A DNA stretch of 64,000 nt from an uncultured Candidatus Saccharibacteria bacterium. GTDB lineage: Bacteria > Patescibacteriota > Andersenbacteria > UBA10190. The notes beneath the pieces were generated by a model. It was not told where the DNA came from. It searched no databases and saw only the letters and a program-made list of their open reading frames with translations. The first letter of the stretch is position 1; each line of letters starts with the position of its first letter. The DNA lies in contig CAYJQW010000004.1 of the NCBI GenBank assembly GCA_964372635.1, positions 840 through 64,839 of the forward strand, written 5' to 3'. This document shows positions 10,086 through 19,982 of the stretch, in pieces. Both the position numbers and the translations under genes were made by a program.

Positions 10086-10557
10086 AACCCTAGATTACCA
10101 CGCGTGGTTTAGTAACGGCACGAATAAGTAGTCCTGCTACAATAAATAACCAGATAATAATTATTTGTTGGGCTCTCTTAGTTGCCGATGAATACACTAG
10201 AGTAATAGTTTGGCTGTGTTGATTAGGTATAACGAGATGAATTGAGCCATCGGCGGCCGGTAGAGCTAGGCCCTCTTGAGCTAGCCAAGATACAGTGTAA
10301 CGCTAATAAATAATAAAGGAGGATATTCCCAAATAAATGTCTGGCCGATACTCATCCCAGATGTCAAAATTAGATCCCTAGGCTGTTCGTGAGGTTCGTG
10401 GCGCTCCCCCCACTCAGGAAGCCTTGGAGAATTTAGCAACAGTATAGTCGATAAAAAGCTACCAAGTATAAATGTCCAGGATAGCAGATTCTGGTTGCGC
10501 GTTCGTCCAAAACGAGGTAGGGTCATGGGATGATTTTTATCATTATCTGCTCAACTC

Positions 10558-11652
10558 GTGAATACTAACGCTCAAATGAAAATCGGGACAGCTTCTAAAA
10601 TTTCTCGACCGGCTGATAATAAGATTTCCGGACAAGAGCGTGTTTTGGAGGCGCTGTCTCGGTTAAGTAAGGAAGTCAAAAAAATGCAAACGGAGTTTGG
10701 TTTGAGAGCGAAGCCAGCCATGAGCTCAATGATCAAAACGGAATGGGCTACTGTCAATGAGCCTGACTTATCAATTGAGACGATTTCACAGCCTGAAATT
10801 AATGCCTTATATGAGCTTCGGGCTGAATTATTAGATTGGGAATTAGAAACAGGATTTCTTGGTTTTTTTACGGATAATCCAGGTTATCGGTATGTGTTTA
10901 CGCGCCGACTGGAAATTCTTTTCGACATGCTCCCACTAAATATTAAAAATGCAGAAGTTCTTGAAATAGGCACAGCTGCCGGCATCGTGGCGAATTCCCT
11001 TGCCCCTTATGTTAGATTTTATACAGGGACTGACGTTACGCCGACTGCTCTAAAGTTTGCGGAAAACTTATCTCAGCGGCTCGGCTACTCCAATACAAAA
11101 TATAGGGTGGCTGATGGTCATTATCTCCCATTTACCAGCAATTCCTTCGATTTAATAATGTGTACTGAAACTTATGAGCATCTAGTTCGGCCAATCGAAG
11201 GCTTACGTGAAATGTGGCGAGTCTTAAAACCTGGTGGCACGGTCGCGTTTACTACACCGACAGCGCTAACACTTTCAGATTTGGCCATGAAGCTTATCCA
11301 GTTAATTAAGCGGGATATTCACGTTGAAGATACGGCTCAGTTTGATAAAAAAGCTTATTGGGCAGCCGAAAGGGAACATCGTAAGTTACCCCTGACTGCT
11401 TTTAAGCGGGTCCACTATCGCTTTGGATACGCCAAACTTGTACGTGATTTTACACAAGTTGGCTTTCAGGTTAAGAAATCCAAAGGAGCAGTATTTGGTT
11501 TGCCGCCGTATTACCTCGCGGCCTATCAACTATTACCAGGCTGGATATTGCCCGTGATTCGTCAATTTGAAGAACTTCTCAATGAGTGGGGTGTATTTGC
11601 GCGCTATGGTTCAGTGGCGACAGGATTTCAATTACTTAAACCAATAAAATAA
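10558..11652 (+). CDS. class I SAM-dependent methyltransferase
   Basis: Motif I VLEIGTAAGIVANSL and post-II motif VLKPGGTVAFTTP define a Rossmann-fold methyltransferase core at residues ~120-230. The track start at 10558 is GTG; the first ATG is at 10576. Confidence 0.75.
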   Translation: MNTNAQMKIGTASKISRPADNKISGQERVLEALSRLSKEVKKMQTEFGLRAKPAMSSMIKTEWATVNEPDLSIETISQPEINALYELRAELLDWELETGFLGFFTDNPGYRYVFTRRLEILFDMLPLNIKNAEVLEIGTAAGIVANSLAPYVRFYTGTDVTPTALKFAENLSQRLGYSNTKYRVADGHYLPFTSNSFDLIMCTETYEHLVRPIEGLREMWRVLKPGGTVAFTTPTALTLSDLAMKLIQLIKRDIHVEDTAQFDKKAYWAAEREHRKLPLTAFKRVHYRFGYAKLVRDFTQVGFQVKKSKGAVFGLPPYYLAAYQLLPGWILPVIRQFEELLNEWGVFARYGSVATGFQLLKPIK

Positions 11653-11752
11653 GTATAGTGCTACTGATCAGATGAGTGTCTGTTGGCTTACTTGCTAACA
11701 GATCACAAGTCTTAACCAGCTAAGCTTCTGCAGGCTGTGGTAGCGTATTTGT

Positions 11753-14173
11753 ATGCAAACTTTAGGGAACGCTTGGTGGAAATACATATTGCGTTGGGCA
11801 AAGCTGCCTTATTTTTGGCCAACTCTCATTTGTTTCGTTTTAGGTACGGCTTATTTTTTATCACCGGTCTATATGGAACGAGAAATACTGGCTCCTTACA
11901 ACGATGAAGCCCGCGTTGGTTTTGGCAGTACGAGGACGGTAGCCCAAGAATTTATTTCTCCCCATAAATTGCAAGCAATTGTAATTCCAATTGAGAGAGA
12001 ACCGAATATTGATGGACCACTTATACTGCACGTTCGTACGGAACTGAAAGGTCCAGATCTTATAACAAGCACCTTATTTTCTTTCACAGGTGGTCAGGCC
12101 AGATTTGACTTTAGTAAAATGTTGAATGGCGGGACTAAATATGTGTGGATTCTAGAAGCTCCAAACAATTTCGATAAAACGTCTTGGGTCTATTTGGAAC
12201 ATGATGAAACAGCCTATAATCATGGTAATTCGTACATTAAGGATACTCAATTAACTGGTAACTTTGGTTTTACTCTAATCCAAAGGAAATATCGTGGAGC
12301 ACACTTGTTTGAGCAATTATTGGCGGTAACACCATTCTGGGAATGGCGATCAGCCATTGTCGGCACAGTGGTGGCAAGTCTAGTCGCAACCTACTACAGC
12401 GCATTGAGAAAACCACACCATCGTGTTTCCTGGCTTCTCATATTGATATTAGCAACATTTGTCATTCATATTTTCTTGGCGCAGAGACTGCCAGCTGTTA
12501 CAGATGAGGGAGCATATCTTCAGGATGCCCAACAGGCGCAGCTGACATTCTTGCCCTTTCGAGATTATTTAACGAAAGGACCACTTTTTATTGGTCTACT
12601 GGCATCGTGGCAAAAATTATTTGGTTATGACTTGTTTACCGGTCGACTTCTTTCAGCTTTCATCTGGGCATTGGCTGTTTACTTAACGGCTATTTTTGGG
12701 CGCATCATTGATTTAAAAGGCTGGTATTATATCGCCGCCTTTGCGATGTCTGTACTTCCGGCAGCAGTTTCATTGACCACACCTATGCTCCTGCAAAGCA
12801 TGAGCACCGTTGTTGTGCTGGCTGGCCTCATTTTAGTCTTAAGAGGAGTCAAAGGTGATCATCTTGGCATGCTGATTTTTGGGGCATTATTACTTGCCGG
12901 TGGTTATCTTGTTCGAAGCAGCAGCCTTGTCCTTGTTATTACTGGGACAATCGCCATTATTTTGTATGGCCGACATCGCATAAAGGCCCTTATTACATAT
13001 CTTGCAACATATTTTCTATTACTCCTAATTATTTTTGCGATCAGTGTCAATGCAATTGGCATTGAACGAACCGCTATCATGTTTAATTTAGAAGCCTTTA
13101 TAATTTCTGGGCAAAGATCATCAACAGCCAGTGAGACTCGCGAACCAATCATTCGCCAGCTGACAAGTGACACTAGAACACTCTGGCGGAGCGCCCCGTG
13201 GTTTATGGCTGCGCTTGTGATGGTTCCCCCTATTATACTGCGGAAATTAGGTAAGAAGTTAAGAATAGTTGGACTAGTCGTGTGGCTTATTGTGCTCATC
13301 AATGTGTTCTTGCATCTGCGCGATATGCAATTCCTATTACCGAAATCCTTCCCTGTTACTACGGCGAGCATGGTAATTATTGTATTCGGGTTGCCAATAC
13401 TGTGGACATTATTTAGTTTTCAAGGGAAAAATCCCAATCGGCCTAAACCTGAAAAGACAATCCAGGTAAAATCATGGTTTACCAAACTGTCTTTTGACTT
13501 GAAGCTGGTCCAAAATTGGCGTGCCCTGCTTTTATTAGTTGCCTGGCTGGTCTTGCTGACAGGTCTATACTACTTTTGGCAGAATTTTCGTCAAAATTAT
13601 TTGATTGAATTTTTACCGCCACTTGCGTTACTCTCTGCTTGGGTCAGTGCTCAAGTAGCTGAAATATTTCAGTCTCTTACATTTCATAGGACCAAGAGGT
13701 TTATAACAGCTGGACTATGTGGTTTGCTAGCCATGTCAATCTATCAAGGTTATTGGCTGGCCGCTTCATATCCTCACACCGGTACCATTGATATAACTTC
13801 CCTCCAGGCTGTTTCCACTTTGGTAAGAAAACATGTCGAACCTGGTCAGGCTGTCTTTACCGCACAGCCACTTATAACTGCCGAGGCTTATCGTCCGATT
13901 GTTCTAGGTTACTCCCATCCAGGCTGGTATTTAAGTGAGCGGGTAGGTGAAGTATCATCATCGCTGCGGTCGATTTATTTTATGGAACCTCTTGCTCTCA
14001 CGTCATATCTCGAAACTACAGTCCAGTTTGTTTTGACTGATGATCGGACTCAAGAGGTATATTTTGATCAATACCCCGAACGTCAAGAAATCCTAAAGAA
14101 TAATTTTTTATTACTTGGCGAACTAAGTGATGGTCGTACGGAGGAACCGATGCGTTTATATAAAAAGATGTAA
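11753..14173 (+). CDS. GT-C-like polytopic membrane glycosyltransferase (paralog family A)
   Basis: ATG at 11753; 806 aa. It has an N-terminal soluble ~200 aa, then ~12 TM helices. The loop motif VTDEGAYLQDAQQAQLTFLPFRDYLTKGPLF and the C-terminal block FTAQPLITAEAYRPIVLGYSHPGWYLSERVG are shared with the 23525..25291 protein. Confidence 0.5.
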   Translation: MQTLGNAWWKYILRWAKLPYFWPTLICFVLGTAYFLSPVYMEREILAPYNDEARVGFGSTRTVAQEFISPHKLQAIVIPIEREPNIDGPLILHVRTELKGPDLITSTLFSFTGGQARFDFSKMLNGGTKYVWILEAPNNFDKTSWVYLEHDETAYNHGNSYIKDTQLTGNFGFTLIQRKYRGAHLFEQLLAVTPFWEWRSAIVGTVVASLVATYYSALRKPHHRVSWLLILILATFVIHIFLAQRLPAVTDEGAYLQDAQQAQLTFLPFRDYLTKGPLFIGLLASWQKLFGYDLFTGRLLSAFIWALAVYLTAIFGRIIDLKGWYYIAAFAMSVLPAAVSLTTPMLLQSMSTVVVLAGLILVLRGVKGDHLGMLIFGALLLAGGYLVRSSSLVLVITGTIAIILYGRHRIKALITYLATYFLLLLIIFAISVNAIGIERTAIMFNLEAFIISGQRSSTASETREPIIRQLTSDTRTLWRSAPWFMAALVMVPPIILRKLGKKLRIVGLVVWLIVLINVFLHLRDMQFLLPKSFPVTTASMVIIVFGLPILWTLFSFQGKNPNRPKPEKTIQVKSWFTKLSFDLKLVQNWRALLLLVAWLVLLTGLYYFWQNFRQNYLIEFLPPLALLSAWVSAQVAEIFQSLTFHRTKRFITAGLCGLLAMSIYQGYWLAASYPHTGTIDITSLQAVSTLVRKHVEPGQAVFTAQPLITAEAYRPIVLGYSHPGWYLSERVGEVSSSLRSIYFMEPLALTSYLETTVQFVLTDDRTQEVYFDQYPERQEILKNNFLLLGELSDGRTEEPMRLYKKM

Positions 14174-14176
14174 ATA

Positions 14177-15016
14177 TTATTCATTGCTGGACTTAATTTT
14201 GTGAGCTACTAGCCCCCATTCATAGCCACGTTTTAGCCGGAAAAAATGATCGAGCCGTGAGATTAGTCTTAAGAGAGGATAGACGATACGCAGATACCCC
14301 AGCAGCTGACGGTTTCCATTAACATCACCTTCAGAAGCTGGTGAAAGCGCTAAATTGTAACCCGCTGTTTTCTGTTGGCTACGATTTTTTAAAATATAAA
14401 ATCCGTTGTAAGCCAATTCAACCATCTCGGTAAAAAAGAAAGAAAATAGGTCAAAATCCTTTACTATTAGTCCGGCTGAGTCAGTTAATTTTTGTAGGGT
14501 GGACTTTGAAAATCCCTCAACAACGTGACCATGAGCAGCTTTATCAATACCGAATACATTTTCTGCAAAGTGTCTCCAGAAATATGGCCGACCATCATCA
14601 GCTGGTGTGGTTAAGATCACAACACCATCTGGGGTAAGTAATTCGGACACCCGACGCATAAAAGAGGCCGGATCTTGAACGTGCTCTATGACGTCGAAGA
14701 TGGTCACGATTTTAAAAGAACTCCGCGACAGTAAGGGATTATATATATCAATTTCATGGACCAAGCCATGAACAATCTTTCTCGTCTCGGCCGCCGCCGC
14801 GGCATCTGTTTCAGTAAATTCCCAAGTACCACCAAGACGCTCCAGAAGAACACTAAGCGTACCAACACCACTACCAATATCCAAACAAGGACAATCCTTA
14901 GCTTTCTTTTGTAGAGCTTGAAGCACCTTGGGTTTTGCCCACAACCATTTTTCTTTTTTCCTCACACTGACTGCAAAAACACGTAGCTGCCACGACTCAT
15001 TTTGTGCTGTTTTCAT
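14177..15016 (-). CDS. class I SAM-dependent methyltransferase
   Basis: Motif I CLDIGSGVGTLSVLL and LTPDGVVILTTP. Its start overlaps the stop of the upstream GT39-like gene by 4 bp (15013..15016). Confidence 0.75.
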   Translation of the reverse strand: MKTAQNESWQLRVFAVSVRKKEKWLWAKPKVLQALQKKAKDCPCLDIGSGVGTLSVLLERLGGTWEFTETDAAAAAETRKIVHGLVHEIDIYNPLLSRSSFKIVTIFDVIEHVQDPASFMRRVSELLTPDGVVILTTPADDGRPYFWRHFAENVFGIDKAAHGHVVEGFSKSTLQKLTDSAGLIVKDFDLFSFFFTEMVELAYNGFYILKNRSQQKTAGYNLALSPASEGDVNGNRQLLGYLRIVYPLLRLISRLDHFFRLKRGYEWGLVAHKIKSSNE

Positions 15017-16515
15017 AACTTATTGACTTTGAAGATCCAAACATAAGGTAGTCCGTTAATTTTAATAAGATGTTCCGGTTTTGGTTTTCCCGGGCCAAGA
15101 TAACTGGCCATCATTTCAGTTTCGGCAGCTCCAGGGCCGCGCTCAAACATGGAGCGGTACAAAATAATATAATCAGCCGAATTATTATCAGTATACGATA
15201 GTGAATCAGAAGGACCGGCATAGAAATAAGCAAAGACACGGTTATAGTAACTATGTACTTTAGCCTGTGGCGCTTGCTCAGAAATCCAAGCGGCGGCACT
15301 TTCTAAACCCTCGCCCCAGCCAAGCTTATGATCGGATTCTATTGGGTACAGTTTGTTATATTGAGCTAAATAATATGGATGGAGCCTAACATCATCAGCG
15401 GCTAACCACATTATTAATATCAGCGTAATCAGGTAGCCTACCATTCTCGACACATATAAACTATTGGCGAGCCAATGAATTATTATTCGCAAGCCGAATA
15501 CGCCTGTTAAAATAAATGTGAGTAGGGTGAGCAGTATATACCGGTCACTTTTATCGGAACTGAAGCTTAGAATGATCGCATAGACAATGCCGGCTAGTAA
15601 AAGCCAAAATACGGTTCGGCCCATTTTTTTATATCGTCGCAGACCCAAGCCAATAAGACCGAAAGGCACAAGAATGGTAGTGATCGGTGTAAGTCGGAAT
15701 AATCCATCACGGGCGTAATACCACCAGCGAGAAGTTGTCTCTAGGCTGCGTGTACCCTGGGCATGCAGAGTAAGTCTTTCTGAAACGTAGTTATACACGC
15801 TATCTGCTCCCAGCCAAAGGGCTGGCCATAAAATATACGTAGCTAAGATTATTATTGCGATCCAGAGCAGTATCATGTTGATGCCAGATCGCCAGGAAAA
15901 ACGAAGTTGTAAGAAAGTGACCGTGAGAATAACCAGAGCAGTAGGTATGAGTATAATGGCAAACATTTTTGTAAGCAGGCTCCCGGCGGCCAGGATAGCA
16001 CTGGCAGCCAGATAATGTTTATTCAAGGGTTCTTTGTGATGCAACGGTTCTAGGGCTGCCAATAAGGCAACTAGACTTGCCAGATAAAAAAGGGCAAGCA
16101 GGGCATCAGTATGCGCCAAGCGACTGTGAGCTATAAGAAAGGGGTCAAGAGCCAGGAAGAAACCGGCTGTCAAACCCCAGCGGCTGCCCCACAGCCTTGT
16201 TAGAAAATAAGTTATTATTAATATCAAAATACTGGTTGCGACAGCCACTGCTGCTTGATCTGCGGCTAAGGAGTGCCACCGATTACTTAATCCGATTAGC
16301 CAGGCTGTTGTCACGCCAGGCTGACCAGCCACGAGAGTTTTATCAAACTGGCCGGTTGAAAAAGCTTGCATAAAGCTGGCACCACGGTTTTGCCACAAGG
16401 GTTCATCGACAGTTAGAATTGATCCTAGTTGAAAGAGCCGAGGACTAAATACAGCCAAGAGAAATAGTGCTATGACGATCAGTCGATTAGACTGAGACGG
16501 ATTAGAGGCAGTCAT
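15013..16515 (-). CDS. ArnT/PMT-type (GT39/GT83-like) membrane glycosyltransferase, polyprenyl-phosphate-sugar dependent (paralog family B)
   Basis: 500 aa, 11-13 TM helices. The first extracytoplasmic loop after TM1 carries the DE motif typical of ArnT/PMT-family GT-C enzymes (LGSILTVDEPLWQNRGASFMQAF). It is paralogous to 21967..23463. The stop overlaps the upstream GT2 start (16512..16515). Confidence 0.6.
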   Translation of the reverse strand: MTASNPSQSNRLIVIALFLLAVFSPRLFQLGSILTVDEPLWQNRGASFMQAFSTGQFDKTLVAGQPGVTTAWLIGLSNRWHSLAADQAAVAVATSILILIITYFLTRLWGSRWGLTAGFFLALDPFLIAHSRLAHTDALLALFYLASLVALLAALEPLHHKEPLNKHYLAASAILAAGSLLTKMFAIILIPTALVILTVTFLQLRFSWRSGINMILLWIAIIILATYILWPALWLGADSVYNYVSERLTLHAQGTRSLETTSRWWYYARDGLFRLTPITTILVPFGLIGLGLRRYKKMGRTVFWLLLAGIVYAIILSFSSDKSDRYILLTLLTFILTGVFGLRIIIHWLANSLYVSRMVGYLITLILIMWLAADDVRLHPYYLAQYNKLYPIESDHKLGWGEGLESAAAWISEQAPQAKVHSYYNRVFAYFYAGPSDSLSYTDNNSADYIILYRSMFERGPGAAETEMMASYLGPGKPKPEHLIKINGLPYVWIFKVNKL

Positions 16516-17207
16516 TTATGGCGTGCAAAACGGCGTCCTCGTAGTCGGTAGGCAAACAACATGGCCAAGGACTTAAAGCCATCGCGGTATGTTATTTTTT
16601 TACCCTCAGCATGCGTACGAGCGCGATAATTTGTAGGCAACTCCTTAATCTTGAATCTGTGATCCAAAATCTGAAGCGTGATTTCCATATCGAACTCAAA
16701 GCCAGTTTTCTCAAGGTGTAAAACTTTTACAACTTCTTTTGTAAACACTTTGTGACCGGTTTCAACATCTGTTAATCGTTGCCCAAGTAGAATGTTCGTT
16801 AGTATTGTCATAGCTTTATTCTCTAGACGCTGAATAAAGTATAATTGGTTTTGCTGCAAAAAACGGGAACCATAAACGACACTTGTCTCGCCGCGTAAGA
16901 TGGGGCTTATCAGACTTGGAATCACTGTAGGGTCGTATTCGCAATCATCATCCTGAACGACGATAATGTCGCCGCTGACATAACGTAAACCAGTCTTAAT
17001 TGCTCCACCCTTGCCAGTATTATGATCATGCAAAATAACTTTTACGTTTTTTAAACGCTGTAAGATTTCCCGACTACCGTCAGTAGAAAAATCATCGACG
17101 GCTATTATTTCATAAGGGATAGGATATTTTACAGCCTGAATCTGATTCACGGCTTGCTCTATAAAATCCCTATCGTTGTATACGGGAATTAGAATTGATA
17201 GTTTCAT
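16512..17207 (-). CDS. GT2 polyprenyl-phosphate sugar synthase (DPM1/ArnC/GtrB-like)
   Basis: KLSILIPVYNDRDFIEQAV, IAVDDFSTDGS and VVQDDDCEYDP give the GT-A DxD signatures. The small soluble form (231 aa) resembles dolichyl/undecaprenyl-phosphate sugar synthases. It is translationally coupled to the GT39-like gene downstream. Confidence 0.75.
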   Translation of the reverse strand: MKLSILIPVYNDRDFIEQAVNQIQAVKYPIPYEIIAVDDFSTDGSREILQRLKNVKVILHDHNTGKGGAIKTGLRYVSGDIIVVQDDDCEYDPTVIPSLISPILRGETSVVYGSRFLQQNQLYFIQRLENKAMTILTNILLGQRLTDVETGHKVFTKEVVKVLHLEKTGFEFDMEITLQILDHRFKIKELPTNYRARTHAEGKKITYRDGFKSLAMLFAYRLRGRRFARHK

Positions 17208-18180
17208 GGGTTACATGCTCACGCCAATAGGACATAAGATCAGGAATAGTTTTATTAAGAAAAGATATTTTTGGCTGCCAACCAGTAGCGAGACGAAACT
17301 TAGTGTTGTCCCCAATGATAATACCACCATCAGTTGGGCGGGGTCCGGCCGGATCCAGTTTCAATTCAATCGGAGATATTTCTGATCTGACTAACATCGT
17401 CTCATATATTTCTTTAATTTTAGTGCCCCGACCTGAGCAAACGTTATAAACTTCTCCTGGCTGACAAAACTCAACTGCTGCCACATAGGCCCGAGCAATA
17501 TCACGTACGTCTGTAAAATCGCGGACGGCAGATAAATCCCTATATGTCACTTTTGCTGGTACCAGACCCTGTTCAATTAAGGCTATGGTATGGGCCAAGT
17601 GGCTGTCACCAAAGGCTGTTGGTCGACGCGGTCCCGTATGATTGAAGACCCGTAATCTAATTATATTTAGTTGGTAGGTGTGCCAGTATTGAAACCCAAG
17701 ATAATCCTGACCAATCTTTGAAACTGCGTAGGGGGAGCCGGGTAGCAACTCGGCACTTTCCTGAATCGGCAACTTGTGTCGTTTGCTTAAGCCATATTCC
17801 TCAGACGACCCCGGGATAATAATTACGGGGTTGTAGGTTATGGTTTTTAACTGACGCAGTGTTTCGAGAATATTAGCTTGCCCGAGTATATTTGTTATAA
17901 GGGTGGCTTGCGGTGATTCCCATGACGTTCGCACATAACTTTGCGCAGCTAAATGCCAAATGACGCTTGGCCTAACCATCTCAAGCAGGGAAAATACAGA
18001 CGATTCATCGGTAATATCAACCTCATGAAGTTGAATCTGATCTTTAATATGCTGAATGTTCTGAAGTGACGCCTTAGGCTTTCGCGTACCATGAATTCGA
18101 TATTCAGAGTGTTCAGATAGTAATAGTTCAGCCAAGTGACTGCCCGTAAATCCCTCAATACCAGTTATCAATATATTCAT
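17170..18180 (-). CDS. NAD-dependent nucleotide-sugar epimerase/dehydratase (extended SDR family)
   Basis: N-terminal Rossmann motif ILITGIEGFTGSHL (GxxGxxG) and catalytic YAVSK (YxxxK). The track start at 18243 would overlap the next gene. ATG is verified at 18180 (MNILITG) and is preceded by GAGAGAG. Confidence 0.75.
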   Translation of the reverse strand: MNILITGIEGFTGSHLAELLLSEHSEYRIHGTRKPKASLQNIQHIKDQIQLHEVDITDESSVFSLLEMVRPSVIWHLAAQSYVRTSWESPQATLITNILGQANILETLRQLKTITYNPVIIIPGSSEEYGLSKRHKLPIQESAELLPGSPYAVSKIGQDYLGFQYWHTYQLNIIRLRVFNHTGPRRPTAFGDSHLAHTIALIEQGLVPAKVTYRDLSAVRDFTDVRDIARAYVAAVEFCQPGEVYNVCSGRGTKIKEIYETMLVRSEISPIELKLDPAGPRPTDGGIIIGDNTKFRLATGWQPKISFLNKTIPDLMSYWREHVTHETINSNSRIQR

Positions 18181-18205
18181 AGTCTCTCTCTTGTATAAGG
18201 GAGTC

Positions 18206-19840
18206 TTAAAGCCAACGCAATGTGTGAACAGGCACAATTTCAAGAACGCCAGTGTCCCAAACTCTTTCTTTTTTTACCTCTGTCTTCACAATCGTATTGT
18301 CGACTGTCAACCGGCGGACTATCTCAAGAATACGGGGATCATCAGGTGTCTCAATTAAATAGACAATCTTGTACTGGCGTAACAGGTCAATTAGATCTTC
18401 GGGGTCCGCAGCTGGATACGTATTTAAGTAAAAACCCAGCTGCTGATTGCCTAGCTCTGTACCGGACTCTATTGTTCCAAAATAAAGAGTTGCAACAGCT
18501 TGATCAGTCGTTAAAGCAACAGGTTTAGACTCATGTGCTAAAGAAACTATCGATCGATACAAAGCATAGCCACGATAATTCTCTTCCCACGCACGTCCGG
18601 TTGCTTGTCGCATAAGGGTCTGGCTTTCCGAGCTCACTATCCAAATCGCCGCAGTCAGCAATGTTACGGCTAAGGCCTTCGGCCAAATCCAACTTTTCGA
18701 TTGAATATATAATCGATATGTCCCGGACAGTAAAGCGCTAAAGCCCGCGGCTGCAGTAAAATAATATACTGCAGATAAGGGAGCGACGTAGCGACTATAT
18801 ACCCACCACCATGACAGTAGTAATGTGTATCCAGTACCAGCGATAATAATCGGTAAACCAGCTTTTCCGTTTCTTATGATTATCCAAGGCACTCCAAGGA
18901 TCGCCAAGATGCTGAGCCACCAAGTCGTTGATAATAATATTCGGTTTGCCGCACCTGATTGCGGATTTTGACTGATCTCAAAGTTGGGGATTGACCAAGC
19001 TTTGCTGAAACCGGCACCATTGAGCATTAGTAAACCATTGATCGGGATTTGTTTAATCTCACCAAAGCCTCCATCAGCGGAGATTGCATCTGCCACATAT
19101 GGCAAATTAGTGATTGAACCGTGAATTGCAAGATGCGCTGGTATCCAGGCAATGATTGCTGCTACTGGAATCACCGACGCTCTCAAAACTTGTCGCCATG
19201 AAAGCCTGATCCACAAAAGCGGCCATAAAAGGCTGGCCACAATTAATCCTTCGTAACGTGTGAATATGAGGCAAGTAGTTACAACACCAAGCCAGAACAA
19301 CTGACGTCGGGACGATTTCGGTTTCAAAATAACTATTGTGACACAGTACACTGTGAGTACCATGAAAAAAACGAAGGTACTATCAGCTAATGGCCGAATG
19401 GCATTCAGCATTAGTAGCGGATCAAAAAGTGACAAGCCTAGGAATAGAAGTAGAGCGGCTCGATAAATTTTTAAGCGCCTACCCAGTGCATAAAGCGTTC
19501 CAACGCTAATGGCCGAGGCAGTTAGACTTATTATTACGCTCATTGGTATATATTCAATTGGGAATAATCGCGAGATTAGTATTAGAATACCGTACATTGG
19601 CAAGCGTTTCTCATGAGGTGGATATGAAAGATAGCCCAAGTTTTTGGCAATATGTTGGAAATTAAAGGCATCGCCAGCAGGCATAATACGACGTTCGAAG
19701 GCTATCGGGGCACGTACCAGCAGGGCAAAGATAATCAATAAAATTATGATTATGCTATCAATTTGGTAGGCAGTCACAGATTTAGTGTAGTTTGGTGCAC
19801 CTAACACGTACAGACGATCATAACCAGTGATGGCCGCCAA
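18206..19840 (-). CDS. polytopic membrane protein, GT-C-like, function unassigned
   Basis: 544 aa with ~12 TM helices in the first 420 aa. The soluble C-terminal ~120 aa are likely extracytoplasmic. Confidence 0.45.
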   Translation of the reverse strand: MAAITGYDRLYVLGAPNYTKSVTAYQIDSIIIILLIIFALLVRAPIAFERRIMPAGDAFNFQHIAKNLGYLSYPPHEKRLPMYGILILISRLFPIEYIPMSVIISLTASAISVGTLYALGRRLKIYRAALLLFLGLSLFDPLLMLNAIRPLADSTFVFFMVLTVYCVTIVILKPKSSRRQLFWLGVVTTCLIFTRYEGLIVASLLWPLLWIRLSWRQVLRASVIPVAAIIAWIPAHLAIHGSITNLPYVADAISADGGFGEIKQIPINGLLMLNGAGFSKAWSIPNFEISQNPQSGAANRILLSTTWWLSILAILGVPWIIIRNGKAGLPIIIAGTGYTLLLSWWWVYSRYVAPLSAVYYFTAAAGFSALLSGTYRLYIQSKSWIWPKALAVTLLTAAIWIVSSESQTLMRQATGRAWEENYRGYALYRSIVSLAHESKPVALTTDQAVATLYFGTIESGTELGNQQLGFYLNTYPAADPEDLIDLLRQYKIVYLIETPDDPRILEIVRRLTVDNTIVKTEVKKERVWDTGVLEIVPVHTLRWL

Positions 19841-19982
19841 TTAAATATCATTTAGTATGCTAATAAAACGGTCAGTGTCAAAGGAAAATTACCCTTTGAC
19901 TAGACCCATCGCGTTACATAATTATTTGTATTTCTCTTTTTTCAGTTGACGTGTCGTTATTAAGCACCGCAATCTAAAAGAT

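Noticed and set aside
10281-10526. 81-aa minus-strand ORF in the 470-bp gap between the pilin-like gene and the methyltransferase
   Set aside because: It has one hydrophobic segment but no recognisable motif, and no good start context. It could be a real small membrane protein, but the evidence is too weak to annotate. The gap may instead hold the promoters of the two flanking genes.
11683-11708. 8-bp stem (CTGTTGGC/GCTAACAG, one G-U) with 6-nt loop after the methyltransferase gene
   Set aside because: No U-tract follows, and the downstream gene starts 45 bp later on the same strand. It is more likely an mRNA structural element or chance than an intrinsic terminator.
17170-18243. Longer start for the SDR gene at 18243 (MKLCLFTHCVGFKTPLYKRET...)
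   Set aside because: The extension overlaps the preceding gene by 38 bp and precedes the Rossmann beta1 strand by 21 unconserved residues. The ATG at 18180 with GAGAGAG upstream gives the canonical N-terminus MNILITG.
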